Shown here piece after piece: positions 1 to 12,733 of a stretch of DNA of 64,000 bases. This DNA comes from Lama guanicoe (taxonomy: Eukaryota): positions 7,431,902 through 7,495,901 of the forward strand of contig MU053652.1 of NCBI GenBank assembly GCA_013239625.1. Reading direction: 5' to 3'. Each line of letters starts with the position of its first letter. Position 1 is the first letter of the stretch. A program made the position numbers and the translations under genes. Under the pieces are notes generated by a model, which had not been told where the DNA came from, did no database searches, and was given only the letters and a program-made list of their open reading frames with translations.

Positions 1-34
1 ATCACCAAATTCTAATGTTTGGAAGAATTAATTG

Positions 35-399
35 CTCATTTATATGTAGAATTAAAAAAAAAAGTCACAGATCGGTGGTGGCCAGAGATGGGTGGTGGGA
101 GTGGGCGAAATGGATGAAGAGATCAAAAAGTGCAAACTTTCAGCTGTAAAATAAGTAAGTCAATAGGGATTTAATGTACAGCATAGTGACTATAGTTAAT
201 ATTTAAATGTGTGTTGCATATTTGAAAGTTGTAAAGAGAGTAGATCATAAAAGTTCTCATCACAAGAAAGAATCTGTAACTGTATGGTGACAGATATGTA
301 TGTACACACTCACTCTTGGAATATATACAAACATCAAATCATTACATTGTACAGCTGTAACTAATATAACAGTATATGTCAATTATACCTCAGTAAAAA
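35..399 (+). mobile_element. L1 3' end (L1MA9/10-like)
   Basis: Typical L1M 3'UTR: gtgactatagttaat, aaagttctcatcacaagaaa, gtcaattatacctca. Confidence 0.8.
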
Positions 400-701
400 G
401 TTATCTGCTATAATGTTTTGGAATATAAGCTTCTACAGTGTCCTACAATCTCAGAAAAACTTATTGCATATAGGTTACAGATAAAGACTGATAACTGATC
501 ATTGATACTCTAGATAATTATGACTCCTCGGATATATAGTGAATACTGAGGGTTTTCTATCATAAATGTGGACATGATTTTGAGTCCATTTTTCTTAACT
601 GTTAGAGAACAGGGTGATCCCAGCAAACTGAAAGTCTTGGCAACATTAAAAATGTTTAATCTGTGGGTTACATATGTTTCTGTCTGAGAGGAGAACAGTA
701 A

Positions 702-782
702 TTAGAAATTATCTTAGAATATATATCCAGACCTCCATCAAGGTAGGCCAGGAGAACATGGCTCATTCTGAAATGAGGGCAA
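702..782 (+). pseudogene. CPLANE1-like first coding exon remnant
   Basis: 27 codons LEIILEYISRPPSR*ARRTWLILK*GQ vs recalled CPLANE1 N-terminus MEIRLEILTSTGIKQKKPWPRVSWLGK (27 aa). Followed by the donor-like gcaagt; no ATG. Confidence 0.55.
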
Positions 783-1062
783 GCAAGTAAACTTCAGGGT
801 CATAAAACAAATGGACAAACAAAAACTGAAGCTTCTGGGAAAAAAAAAACTTAGAAATAATTTCATTGTATTTGCAAGTGGTTGTTGTCTGTGGCTTTCC
901 CAACCCAGCAGCACAGTTCGCAATATTACTTATGCCAGCAAAATGCTGCCCTTCAGACAGATGGCAGTTTATTAGATTTTCAAAATTGCACTTTTTGTGA
1001 TAAAATCACCTCAGGCCTCAAGTACAAAAGAAATGACACGCGTTTATATGGGTTTGATTCAG

Positions 1063-1223
1063 AGATTAGAAGATGTGAAATATTAATGCAACATTCAACA
1101 CTGTCTGAATATGAATTTACACAAATTCAGCATAAGATTCCTTCTCTTTGTGGAAGGATTGGAATCATACAATAAACGTTCAGTCTGTCAAAATTAGGAA
1201 ACATTCTGGTGTTTGGTCCTCAG
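1063..1223 (+). pseudogene. CPLANE1-like exon remnant
   Basis: SEYEFTQIQHKIPSL vs NEINLLSGKIKKKIPSL; tcag acceptor, cag|gttggt donor; in-frame stop. Confidence 0.6.
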
Positions 1224-1483
1224 GTTGGTTGAATACGATGGTTAAGAGAGACGACAGGAGAAGCAGTATGTGGAAAGAACACCGAATTTGGAACCAAAAA
1301 TCCTTTCTTCCATTCCTGTCTGTGTCTTGTGTGGCCTTGGGTGAGTTATTTAACATTTTAAGTCCTCGATTTTCTCTTCAGTAAGATGGGGACAGCTTCG
1401 CAAGTTGACTAGTTCAAGGGGTTTGCAAGTTACAAATTACCATTAATAGCCTGAGTTTTTATTTTCTAATGGTTTCAAGCTAG

Positions 1484-1805
1484 GTCCCATTCAAGTATTT
1501 TCTTCATAAAGAAGAGATGGTCAGAGCACACTGGGATATGATAATAGGTTTGTAGCAAAAAAAAAAAAAGTATCAAATGTAATCTGAGACCTTTGAAGGG
1601 TCTCCGCTGGTATCTATTCTCACTTCAGTCAAGCTCCTTCAGCCACAGGAGGTACCTGTCTGTGGAAAATCACTTAAATCAGCTTAAAATCTTTGTTCTA
1701 CATGAAAAAAGCATAAGATGAAATGGCAAGAAAGCTAAAGTTTGGGCAAAGATCTCTACTTCTTCCTTTCGTGTACTGAGGTCTTGCATTGAATAGTACT
1801 TCAAA
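1484..1805 (+). pseudogene. CPLANE1-like exon remnants (1484-1547 and ~1599-1805)
   Basis: KEEMVRA~KEMIKA; LRWYLF~LRLYLY; ATGGTCLWK~PSGCIFLWE; frameshifted. Confidence 0.55.
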
Positions 1806-1889
1806 GTTAGGCAGGGAAGATGTTATCCCAGTTATACCCAAGACGGAGCCTTCTTACAGAAACTTTGCTGGCAAAATATTTCTTCTTCT

Positions 1890-2050
1890 TTTTTTAATTT
1901 AGTCACAAAATTATGTAACCATTGCCATTGTCTTAATTCCAAAACATTTTGTCATTCCAAAAAGAAGTTATTGTTAGTAGTCACTCCCCATTCCCCACAT
2001 CCTCCAGGCTCTGGTAACCACGAACCTTTCTTCCGTCTCTGTGAATCTGG
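1890..2050 (-). mobile_element. L1MB-like 3' fragment
   Basis: agtcactccccattccccac...ctggtaaccac motif. Confidence 0.6.
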
Positions 2051-2315
2051 CAAGGATGTTTCTAATGCACAAGATGCGAGGAGAGGATAAATGGCAGAGC
2101 TAGTTAACAGAAATTAGGCTTCATTGTCTTACATTACAGTCCTCTCATTTTTTCCTTCCTCCATACCAATCTCTCTCTTTTCGTTTCCAACTTTTGTATC
2201 TAAAAATTAAGTGAAAGAAGCCAAGTGAAAGAAAATGCTTTGACTACATAAGGTAAAATGATACTAAGAAACATTGCACACACCACAATCAGAGGTCTAA
2301 AAGGATGCTTTTCAG

Positions 2316-2434
2316 ATTCCTCTCAGAATCTCCATGAAAATCAGAGTCACACTATAAAAAAACCAACAACTCTTTTGGAGGGAGACCTATTCATGCAGTG
2401 GCATCAAGTCGCATGTTAATGAAAAGAGAACGAG
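2316..2434 (+). pseudogene. CPLANE1-like exon remnant
   Basis: ttttcag acceptor and gag|gtaagc donor; LHENQ...MQWHQVAC vs WHENV...VHWAQQDC; in-frame stops. Confidence 0.6.
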
Positions 2435-2569
2435 GTAAGCGTTGTGTTTTGTCCAGTTGTAGTTTCCATTAATAAATTTTAGAGGGTGATGTTATCAGTC
2501 ATTTTCACGGCCTAGTATATCCTAATTAATCTATAAATAGCATTCTAGAAAAATTTCTTATTGAGTTCT

Positions 2570-3218
2570 CTGCAAACATTCCTTCTTCTCCTTTTGATTC
2601 TGCTCTCTGCACTGCGGCCAGAACTCTATTTCTTAACCTATCTAACTATTTATTTCCTTTTATTTGAACATCTATATTAACTCTGGATGGCCTTTAGGAA
2701 AAGTACTTAAGCCTCTGGCTTGGCATTCAATGCCCTTCCTCATGTGGCCTGAAATGAACCTCTCTGACTTTATTTTCACACACACATCTCAACTCCACAG
2801 ACTCACTCATGTGACCCTATTCTAGTACATTCATGTCTCATTCTTCAATAAATACTCCAGACCCTTTCGTGAGACTAAGTTGCAGCAAATGCTGTCCTTT
2901 CTCTAGAATATCATTCCTCCTTTTATGCCTGGCAAATTCTGCTCAGGCTTCAGGATAAAATGTAAGTTTATTTGTGGACTCTCCTGAATTCTGGGGGTAA
3001 GGAAGTCTTTGCTTCCTCTGAGTTCCAGGAGATAGTCTTATTGCCCTATTACAACATGTTCTACATTGCATTGCAATTGATCTGTTTCCATATTCGACGC
3101 CTCTGTGAACTATAAATTCATCTGGTACCAGAGCTGTCTAACTCATTGTTAATTCCACAGCACATGGTATGGTGCTTGTGACCAGCAGGTAATCAATAAA
3201 TGTTTGCCAAAGTAAATT
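2570..3218 (+). mobile_element. LINE2 3' portion
   Basis: Ends with cagcacatggtatggtgc...aatcaataaatgtttg, the L2 tail. Confidence 0.75.
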
Positions 3219-3329
3219 AAAGCTCTATTCTTTGAACGGCAAAAATTTCTTGGATTGATTCTTTAGAAACAAATCTTTGCTTTTTTAATAAATATTTTGA
3301 GTCTTGATTTTATGTTCTAGGTAGGATGT

Positions 3330-5700
3330 AGTAGGTTACACTAAGCCAACATTCCCACTGTAGCAATGTGAAGAAGGTGGATAAATTACAAAAATCGTAG
3401 TGTTAAAGGTTTCAGAAATCTATGGAATCAACAAGGACCAGGTGGAATAAAATTCTTGAGAGAAAAACTGTGTACAAATAAGCTTTTTCTGGGGAACTAC
3501 CAATTCTGGTTTGATTTGAGAGTCATCGTTGGCCCCTGGGTAGAGCCTCTGCGGAGAGAGAAGTAGGAAAGCCTTTTGCCATTGTGCGGGTCTGGAGCTA
3601 CAAACTGGAATCTTGAGGAAACCCAAAAGCAATTATAGAATTCAAAGTCACATGGAATTTTTACCGAAATCAACCATGAGCCACAAGAAAGAATCTCCAG
3701 AAATTTCAAAAGGTTGAAATAGCAACTAACTTAGAAGTCAATAAGTTAACAAGAAAAGCCCTACTGTCTGGAAATTAAATAAAACATCTCACATACGGAT
3801 AATTAAGAAATCAAATGGAAATTAATTTGAACTGAATCATAATGAAGATACAACATATTTAAACTTGAGGTTTGCAATTGAAGCATTGTGAAATCAGTGT
3901 TTACAGGGAAATGTGTACCTGTAAACATATATATTAGAAAAAAAGTTTAAAAATTAATAACTTTAAATTCCATCTGAAGAAACTAGGAAAAGAACAACAT
4001 AGCAATCTTATGGGAAAAAAGAAAAAGAAGAGCAGAAACAATGGAATAGAATGAGCAAATCAACTAATCTGAAAGCTTTTAAAAAATATTAATAAAATTA
4101 ATAAGGCTCTAGCAGGATGTTTACCAACAATAAAGGAAAAGATAAATTATTATTACCAGAAGTTTGAAATCCATTACGAAAATCCTTCCCACAAAGTGCT
4201 TCACCGGAGAGTTGTTGCAAATAGTTAAGGAAGAAATTAACACCAAGTCACCCCATTTAAGCAAACTCTCCCAGGTAATAAAAACAGAGGAAACTGCTTT
4301 TTTTTTTTTAAAGGATGTCAGCATAATCCAAAACCTGATAAAAACATAATGAAAAAGAAAAATTAGAGAACAGTTTCTCTCAGAAACAGATGTAAAAACT
4401 ATTACAAAACATTTTAATTAAATAGAGTGATACTCAAAAAGAAACATACAACAAAGTGGAGTTTACTCCGTCTATGAAAGGCTACTTTCACGTTTCAAAA
4501 TCAATGAAGTTCACAGTATTAATAGAGAAAAGGAGAAAAATATGTGATTTTCTCAATAGATGGAGAGTTAGCTCTTGATTCAACATCCATTCTTGGTAAA
4601 ATAAAACTCTTAGCAAAGAGTTTTAGAAGAGAACTCCCTTAATTTATAAAGAATATTTACAGAACACCTACAGCAAGCATTATACTAATGGTAAAATATT
4701 GAAAATGGTCCCCTTAAGATCAGGGGGAAGAAGTACGCCTATTCTCATCATTTTTATTTAGCATTGTACAGGGGTTCTATTCAATGCTACAAGATAAGAA
4801 AAAGATATAAAATACTTTGACAAAGACTCACATGCAGACCATATAAAGGTATCCTACAATAAGAAAAAGACTAGGAAAAATGATCAAAAACTTGAACAGA
4901 CCTTTCACATAACAGGAAGTCCAAATAAATATATGAAGAGAGGATCAATTTTGTTAATTCATTATAGAAATTAAGATTGAAACCATAATGCAGTTATTCT
5001 GTATATACACCAGAAAGGCTAGAAGCCAAACGAGGGAAAATGCTTAGTATTGGTGGTATGGGTCAACTGGAATCCTCATATGATGTCTTTAGGAGAATAA
5101 ATTGGTATCATTGCTTTGGAAATCTGTTTGGTAGTAATTTCTAAAGCTGAACATATGTGTCCCATTTGGCCCGGCAATTCTAAGCACATTCATTTAAAGA
5201 TATGTGCTAAAATGTTCACAGAAGCACTGTTCATATCAGCCACTGTTCATAAAATGCTTATCAACAGTAGAGTAGATTAATACAAGTATGAACCATAGGA
5301 TGTCATTGGTTGTATGTCAAATATTTCATATATTGCCAATTGATACCATATTTTTTCATATATATGGTGATGTATCAACAGAATGAATACTATACAGAAA
5401 TAGGAATAAAGATTTCCAACCATATGCAACAACATTGATGAAACTTATAAACATGATGTTTAGTTAAAAAAAAAGTTTAAACTACATTGTTAGAAGTTAG
5501 GATAGTAGTTGTCCTTGCTGGGGAAGAGTAATGAAAGGAAATATGAATGAGGCTTGTTGGGATCTGGCATCTAATGTGTTGAATCTTAATCTGGATGCTA
5601 ATTATACAAATATAATTAGTTTGTGAGAGTTTATTGACTGATACAATTATGATGGGTACATTTCTCTCTCTATTTTTTTATGTTAATGAAAAGTTAAAAA
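3330..5700 (+). mobile_element. Old L1 (L1ME-like), fragmented ORF2 and 3'UTR
   Basis: A-rich decayed ORF2 motifs and L1ME-type 3' end. Confidence 0.75.
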
Positions 5701-6117
5701 TAAGTCAAGAAGCAGATGCAAGAAAATATAAACATTACTATTAGAATATGGTTGTGTATAATAGCATTAGAAAATTATGTCTTAATCACTGAAAGGAATC
5801 AGTCCTATCCGCCACAAACACCTAATGGGAGCTGAGGCCATTTCAAAACTTTTTCAAAAGGTTTTTTAATGCTTTCATTTCCATTTAGCCAGACGTATCT
5901 TCCAAGATCTGTCTTTGAAATCTGAAATGTTGTGCCCAAGAGAATCAAAATGGATTCTAGAATCTGATCAGCTCAACTGCTGAGTGAACTTGTTTGGATG
6001 ATACATGGAGAGAAGTGAACGTTCCAAGTCTGGTTCTGCCGGGTGGAGTCTCTAAGCCACTGGCCAAGAATGTGATTTCTTTTCCTGCCTCCAACACTCT
6101 CTTTACTGTTTGTCCAG

Positions 6118-6186
6118 GGGGACCTGGAGAGTGAAGCTATTAAAGAACTCCCAGGGAATGCTGGTGATTCCAGAAACTTTAGTAGA
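6118..6186 (+). pseudogene. Candidate exon (69 bp), homology not recognised
   Basis: Long pyrimidine tract plus ccag acceptor, aga|gtaaga donor; open frames GDLESEAIKELPGNAGDSRNFSR or GTWRVKLLKNSQGMLVIPETLV. Confidence 0.35.
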
Positions 6187-6189
6187 GTA

Positions 6190-6788
6190 AGAAAACACAA
6201 AATTTGTTCCAATGCAATTGATATATTAGGCACCAATTTGAGCATAATGCAAATTTCAAATTTCAGTGTTGTCTTACATGCGGTTTCATGAGACATGCTA
6301 GGAGACACCCTAGTAAGTGCAGAAAACTATATGCAGCTAAAGCTAGCTGTGTAGAAATACAGAAAACTCACACAGCCACACATCAGATGTCTACCGGTTT
6401 CCTCACTTCTCTTTGTACTTTGAGATGTGCCCATCCACATCTGGTGCTACAACTTTCCAATTTCAAGAAATACTCCTCATAGCCACTTCGCAAAAACTTG
6501 TAAGCCGGGACCCCTCCAGTGCTCATGAGCAAACTTAGATCACTTTCAAAGTAAAGTGTCATAGTAGTTATTGTGCTACTTATGATTTTCTGAACCATTT
6601 AACATATGTAAAACTGCTGTCACTTTTATAAGACTTCTTTTTGTAAATTTCTGTGTCACTGATGAAGTTTGTGAGCTTTGTACCCCTAACCCTTTTCCCT
6701 GACAAGCCCTGTGGTTTTTGTTGTGAGATTTGTGCATGTTGTAGTGATTTTCAGGGATATGTATGTTGTACTATAGCAAAACTGACTG
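6190..6788 (+). mobile_element. Tigger13a-like DNA transposon (TcMar)
   Basis: atttgttccaatgcaattgatatattagg body and terminal ctatagcaaaactgactg TIR. Confidence 0.7.
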
Positions 6789-7699
6789 CCCATAAAATTC
6801 ACTGAAAGTCAATTAGCTTTTTGTGTGTAAAATTTATCTCAAAGCAGTTGAAACAAAGTGGGGCTTTTGGATGCATATTAGAAATAAAATAAGAAGTTAT
6901 TAGGTGTATGACTCTGTACCCATATCCACATGTGTTTAGGAATTCTTTTACTCTCAAAATACACTTTTGCCATTGTGTAGCATTGCTCTTTGCATAAAAC
7001 ATATTATAAAGATTTTTAAAAGTTATTGACTTTCTACATATTTATCCGATAGACAAAGAATTGTGTTAAAGGCACTGAGCCTAAACTAGTCTGTTCATGC
7101 CACTTCCAACAAGAGCCTCCTCCTTCCCTTTGGTGATGGCACATGTCACAGTCTGCACTGATGCGTGTTAACACAGATGTTAGTAACGTGGGATTTAGAA
7201 CTGCTTAGAATGCAGTAAGACAAATAAAGAATATACTCTCATAGGAGCAAAATGGTCATTTTAAGGCAGGGGTGCAAAATTTGATTGCTTTGGAATGGGT
7301 AGATACATGTTTTTAATGAGGTATTTGGAAAATACTCATTCATAAAGAATAGATTCTCTGTGATATGAGCTGTTTAATGTCATCTGATGGGAACATTTTT
7401 TAGGACAAGCTTTCTTTAACATTGATTAATCCAAAAGGCCTGTCTTATAAAAAACATAAAGTCTGCACCCCATCTTCCTTATCGCAATGTGAACAACAAC
7501 AATAACGAGACACAAAGTTGAAAAGGAGCTTGGGGAGTTCTAATGTCTGACAGCTTAAGCATCTAATTACTGAGATGTCACCAGAAGTCTGATTATGTTG
7601 GAGGGAGGGCAGAGGTGGGAGGGAATGAGATGGCAGTGCCTAAAACAAAGGATAATATTGTCTCTTTGTATCTGGATCACTGTTCTTTGGATCATGAGG

Positions 7700-8320
7700 G
7701 AATCTGCAATGTGACTGAACTCTTTGCCATGTTGATGCAAGAAGCAAAGTGGTGCTGCTAGATTAGGCTTTGTCACCGGATGCTTGGTATGAATATGGCA
7801 ATGATATTTATCTTGTTTGTTTTGATTTCGATTTTAATGCTTGCAGAAAATATTTTAAATTTTCAAACCATTCGATTCAACTTGAAGTCTCTACCTACTC
7901 TCTGGGGATACAAATAGGCGTGGTTTGGACCAAGTCAGGTGTTCTTACTCATCTCTTTCGGTCCTGGCCAATACAAGAGGGACGGAGCCATACAGCTGTG
8001 GCGAGCACAGCCGGCCTCCCAAGGGGCCCACAGAGGCTCTTCGACTCACCTGTGCCAGACTTTGGCATGCTGACTTTTGTTCCCAAGAAAGAAAGAGTCA
8101 ATTAAAAGGACTTCAAAAAAAAAAATGAGCCTTATATGAAAGGGACCCAGGAATGCTGGAAGACTCCTTTAGTAAACTGCTTTGGTGGATGAAAGGGTGG
8201 GATTCTGTAGACTCTCCTGCTACTGCTCTGTGCGGTTTTGAATTGCCTGCTGACAGGTACCAGAAGAAAGACAAGCCTGATAGTCCTCTGTGCCCCTGGC
8301 AAGCCTGTGTGCTGCGAAAG
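7700..8320 (+). pseudogene. CPLANE1-like exon remnants (main exon 7847-8320)
   Basis: ALSPD~AFSRD; NILNFQTIRFNLK~NTLNFVTLCGSLK; DFGMLTFVP~EFGPAEFIP; DSVDSPA~NSVDSSA; ttgcag acceptor, aag|gtcaga donor. Confidence 0.65.
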
Positions 8321-8384
8321 GTCAGAAATGAGATTAATACGGGTAGACATAAGCAGAGTTTCCAAATTACCTCTTTACCCATAT

Positions 8385-8560
8385 ATCATTCATACATTAT
8401 TCATCAGCTCTTCTACTGTGCGCTGAGAACTGGAATAAGCACTGGGGAGCAAAGACAGGTAAGACGCGGACCCTGCTCTGAAGGAGCATCGCCTAGTGGA
8501 GGATGACAGGCTGGAAAACAAATAAAAGCCATAATGTATTACGGGGACTCTGAGAAAGTC
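8385..8560 (-). mobile_element. L2 3' fragment
   Basis: cattcat...ctactgtgcg...ccctgctct...ctagtgg pattern. Confidence 0.55.
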
Positions 8561-9033
8561 AGAGATGGAGAAAAAAAGAGTCGTTATTTCTACCTTCAAC
8601 GTGGGTCTTCAAACTTTTTTTCCCTCTGGACCCATTAGGCATTTGACAAGATTTAACTCCTGATGTTCCAATTTCAAGCAAATGCTCAACAACATATTTA
8701 TTAAATGTGTAATTATATGTGACAGTATTTGGACCACAAGTTAAATGACAGAGTCATAGCTATTGCCCTAATTCCGGAGTATATAAAAAAGGAAATTAAA
8801 ATATATTGTTTTAAGTTACTCTGAAAATGCCATAGTTCAGGCGAAAGGACCCATAATATTGTTATTGTTTACCTTTGCAACCAACTAGCTGTGTGATCTT
8901 GGCCAAGTCACTTAATTTTGGCCTCAATCTCCTTATACGTAAAATGAGAAAGCTCTCCATTCTAGATAGTAATGATTACAGAAAAAGTCAAAGACAGGAC
9001 CAAAAACAGAAAACAGGTGTAAATTCTTAATAG

Positions 9034-9227
9034 TATTTTTCCACGTGTAAACAAACGTTAGAGAGCAACTCGATGATTTTGGACCTCACTTGAAATTCCG
9101 ATTTTGGAAGCCAGATGGTTGTTACCCACAAACCCCACGTGAGATGACTCTCAGGAAGCCCATCTGCTGGATCTCCCCCAGTTTCCACATGGAAATGTGG
9201 AACATATCTCTAGATATTCATTATCTG
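9034..9227 (+). pseudogene. CPLANE1-like exon remnant
   Basis: Strong ctg|gtgagt donor; HLLDLPQ...EHISRYSLS vs LLLDSTQRLEKIYQSVILS; PDGC~SDGY. Confidence 0.55.
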
Positions 9228-9528
9228 GTGAGTCATTTCATCTCCTGTCTTTTCTCACGCGTACCATGGAAAATTTCTCCCGAGGGATATAAGAAATCTA
9301 AATTCTGACAGGTGCCCCTGGAGTATACAGTAAATGGTTCTTATCATGAATATCTGTAGAAAACTCAGAGGAGTACAAGGTAATATTGTGCATTTTATAA
9401 ATTAAATTCTATTCCCTGTGACAGCTACTGAGGACTTATAACCCTGATTGTTTGAATCAGCTTCCCATTTATGGTTTCCTCTGCTGTCCAGTCCATTTAT
9501 AGTGTACTAATGGATTAGTTTTTTTAAA

Positions 9529-9742
9529 CAGGCCTGCCCAATAGAATGTTCTGTAATGAAAGAAATGTTCTGTGTCTCTCCTGTCCAATATGGATGCTAC
9601 TAGCTGCTGGGCACCATTGAGCATTTGCAATATGACAGATGTGATTGAAGAGCTGAATTTTTCCAATTATTTAATTTTGACTAATTTAAATTTAAACTTA
9701 GGCAATGACATGTGCTGGTACCTTCTGCGCTGAACATCACAG
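9529..9742. mobile_element. MER3-like hAT-Charlie MITE
   Basis: ccaatagaatgttctgtaatgaaagaaatgttct...ctaatttaaatttaaa consensus-like. Confidence 0.7.
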
Positions 9743-10477
9743 TTCTCAAGCACAGCCTTGACCACGTCTCTCCTCCACTCAGAATGTCATTTGCTTTGCT
9801 CTGCCTGAAATGTACCATTAAAATATCTTAAGTATTCAGAAATTTCACAAGCTGTTCTCAAACGTTGCTTTTTTAACGCAATCAGTATTTCATCTGAAGT
9901 GGAATATTTGCTGTTCTCCAACCTTACCTTATGTTTTCCAGCAGCCACATTTTCCTTGATTTTTTTAAATGAGATTTTTGTTCATTTATTTAATTATATC
10001 TGATGTTGAAATGGCTCAGCTCAATTTCTCCCACCTCTGTAAGGAGATATCAATTGGTATCTCATGCTCATGAAGTCTTGCAACCCTTTCTTATGACATT
10101 GTTGTATATTTTAACTACTTACGTATTATATATAAGTCCACTACTTGATTGTAATCTTCCTGAGACTGTTGTCCATGTGTGATTTAACTTTGTATCTTTC
10201 TTGGCTCTTTTCACAAAAAAGAAATATAAACTAATTATTAAGCAAAAGTCAACAGCATTGGGTTTAAATGCCAGTTACTTGCGCTACTACCTGTGTGACT
10301 GATTAGCAGTGCAATGCCAGGTACATAGCAAGGACTCAGCAAATGCTAAGTCCTAAGTGCTAAAGATATAAGTTCAGGATTTTCATAGGCAGATTGATTA
10401 TAATTACTTCTTTTACACAAACAAAAGGCCATATTTTTCAAAGGAGAACACAATGAGCTAATACTTTATTCTCCAAG

Positions 10478-11046
10478 ACCAAACATGACAGAAGGAAGCT
10501 TATTTCCTCTTACAGCCGAGAGAACAATTCTTGGTCTGCATTCACCTCTCTCTCCATCACTAAAAAGTAGAATCTGGGGCAAAATGTCACGAGAGGACTT
10601 GAAACATAGCCCCAGACCAGGGTCAACAACAGATCAGCCTGAAAGCTCTTCCTTGGTAAAGGCACCCCCACATGGAGGGGGAGCATGTGGTTTTCTGCCG
10701 TCCTGTGTTCCCATGCCAAAACCCACTGTTGGCAGCACCAGGGTTGAATGACTTATTTTCTTTGGCCCTGGGCTTGAAAGGAATTATAAAGATACGTGGG
10801 CAAAAAGGGAAGAGAACAGATTTAAAGGGAAGCTGCCCTTCTCAGCATTTGAGAGACTTCTTTGTTCTCTGCTTTTGGACACTAATCTTTGGGTTATTTA
10901 GGCTGACTGTTTTCACAGTGGTTGAAATCAAATGCTTTCTATATTCTACAGCAGGAAATTTTAAAGATCTTCCTCAAAGGCATAAAATTCTAATAAAATA
11001 CCAATGACGATGTTTAAATGACCAAATTCTTGATTCAAAAATATTT
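10478..11046 (+). pseudogene. CPLANE1-like exon remnants (10478-10655, 10902-11046)
   Basis: RPNMTEGSLFPLTAERTILGLH vs KPKGKGLNLRSLNSLRSSLLEH; AG/GT boundaries on both segments. Confidence 0.5.
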
Positions 11047-11139
11047 GTAAGGAATATAATTGTTTTAATCTGCAAAATCACTTGAACTAACTTCTAACCT
11101 ACTCTTAGCAAGTGATCATGGCTGATCTGCCTTAATGAA

Positions 11140-11440
11140 GCAATAAGATGTAAATCATCTGGGTTTGAAACAAAGTTTGCTATTTACTTGCTGTGTAGTT
11201 AATTTTCTTATCTATTAGAGTCAGTGCCTTCTAGGGTTGAACATGGGCTGGGACACATAAACTTTACAGTCTCCCATAAGTTACTTCTCTGAGCGTAAGT
11301 TTCCTCATTTATGAAACAGACTATAAAATAACGATAATTACTACTCCCCAAGAATGTGGTTAAATATGAATTGAAATACATAAAGTAAATAAAGCACCTT
11401 GAATAGTGTGTGGCACATAAATGACACTCATTGTATTTAA
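11140..11440 (+). mobile_element. MIR SINE fragments
   Basis: aagttacttctctgagc...tttcctcattt and aaagcacc...gtggcacata core. Confidence 0.6.
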
Positions 11441-11549
11441 CTACCTTCCCTATGTGATTTGTACTAAGATAAATGCTGTGAATTATTAAAGAATGTTTCC
11501 TTCTTTGGGCTATTTATATCCCCTCCACGTCACCTTGACTATAGTGTTT

Positions 11550-12060
11550 AAAAAATCCTTTATTTGGAAATAGTTTCTAGCTTACCAAAAAGCTACAGTA
11601 TTAGTACAAAGAAATCCATATCTCATGTACTCAGATACAAAGACTTTTAAATACTTTGTTCCATTTGCTTTATCATAAATGTATGTGAACACCTCTTGTA
11701 GTGTACCTCTACACACGTATGTGTGTGCTTATGTAGTCTTGAAACATTTGTGTGAAAACTGCATACAACATACCTCTTTATGCCTAAATACTTCAGTGTA
11801 GAGTTCCAAGGAATAAACACATTCACTGATGGAACTACAGAACAGTTATTAATCTCAGAAAATTTGACATTGACACATTTATCTAATACGTAGTCCATAC
11901 TCCAATTCTGTCCAAGCCAACTATATCTTAGCATTATTTTTCCCATTTGATACAGAATTTAATTCAAACTCAAATTGCATTTAATTGTCATATCTCATTA
12001 GTCTTCTTTAACCTGAAAGCCTTCCTCTGCTTTTTGTCATTTTTCATCACATTAACGTAG
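11550..12060 (-). mobile_element. L1MC-like 3' UTR
   Basis: tatttggaaatagttt...cctaaatacttcagtgta motif. Confidence 0.65.
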
Positions 12061-12104
12061 GTAGAAAACCTGTTTATAATTATCTGAGTCTAGAATTGCA
12101 TTCT

Positions 12105-12265
12105 GTGGTGGAAGGTTCTAGGATGGTTCCCAAAGGGGCCCTGCCTCCTCCTGGAACTTGTGCCCTTGTGTGGCACAAATGAGTGGGCTGGGTTTTGTGA
12201 CTTGCTTTTGACAAGCAGAATATGATTAAAAGGATGGGGATGTCCCATCTGGGATTAGATTAGGA
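12105..12265 (+). mobile_element. MLT1F-like MaLR LTR fragment
   Basis: tgtggtgg...ttctaggatgg...gtgacttgctt...gggatgtc. Confidence 0.6.
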
Positions 12266-12269
12266 AAGA

Positions 12270-12515
12270 TCAAGTTATCAACCTCACAACTTTGCAGACA
12301 CCCAAATGGTGTCGTTAGAAGGCAAATTCTCAATATAAAGAAACAAGATTTAGTCTCATCCTCCTAAAATACCAAAGGCCCAAATATCAGTAGAATATTT
12401 CACAAATTTTCCCATAGTTTTATATCAACTCATCTGATCTGATCTTCAGAATCACACTAGGACTTTTCTGCTTTTAACATTGTATGTGGCCCATTCTCAT
12501 CTCAGCTCCTATCTA
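12270..12515 (+). pseudogene. CPLANE1-like exon remnant
   Basis: ISRIFHKFSHSFISTH vs ILCIFQLFHQCLSIH; 5' side abuts an MLT1 LTR. Confidence 0.4.
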
Positions 12516-12558
12516 GTAAATAGCTAATTTTTAACAAATTTGTTGTTTTGTAACAGAA

Positions 12559-12559
12559 G

Positions 12560-12596
<37 letters not shown>

Positions 12597-12650
12597 TTAT
12601 ATATGTTGCTGTGTACATACGTATATAAATATATATACTTTTGTTTTATA

Positions 12651-12705
<55 letters not shown>

Positions 12706-12733
12706 ATAAAATAACATAACACACACATATGTA
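12559..12733. repeat. Compound (TA)n/(TG)n microsatellite
   Basis: Direct reading. Confidence 0.95.

Noticed and set aside
8153..8230. LLWWMKGW resembling CPLANE1 LLEWMIRW
   Set aside because: Wrong position; the colinear match to that motif is at ~50431.
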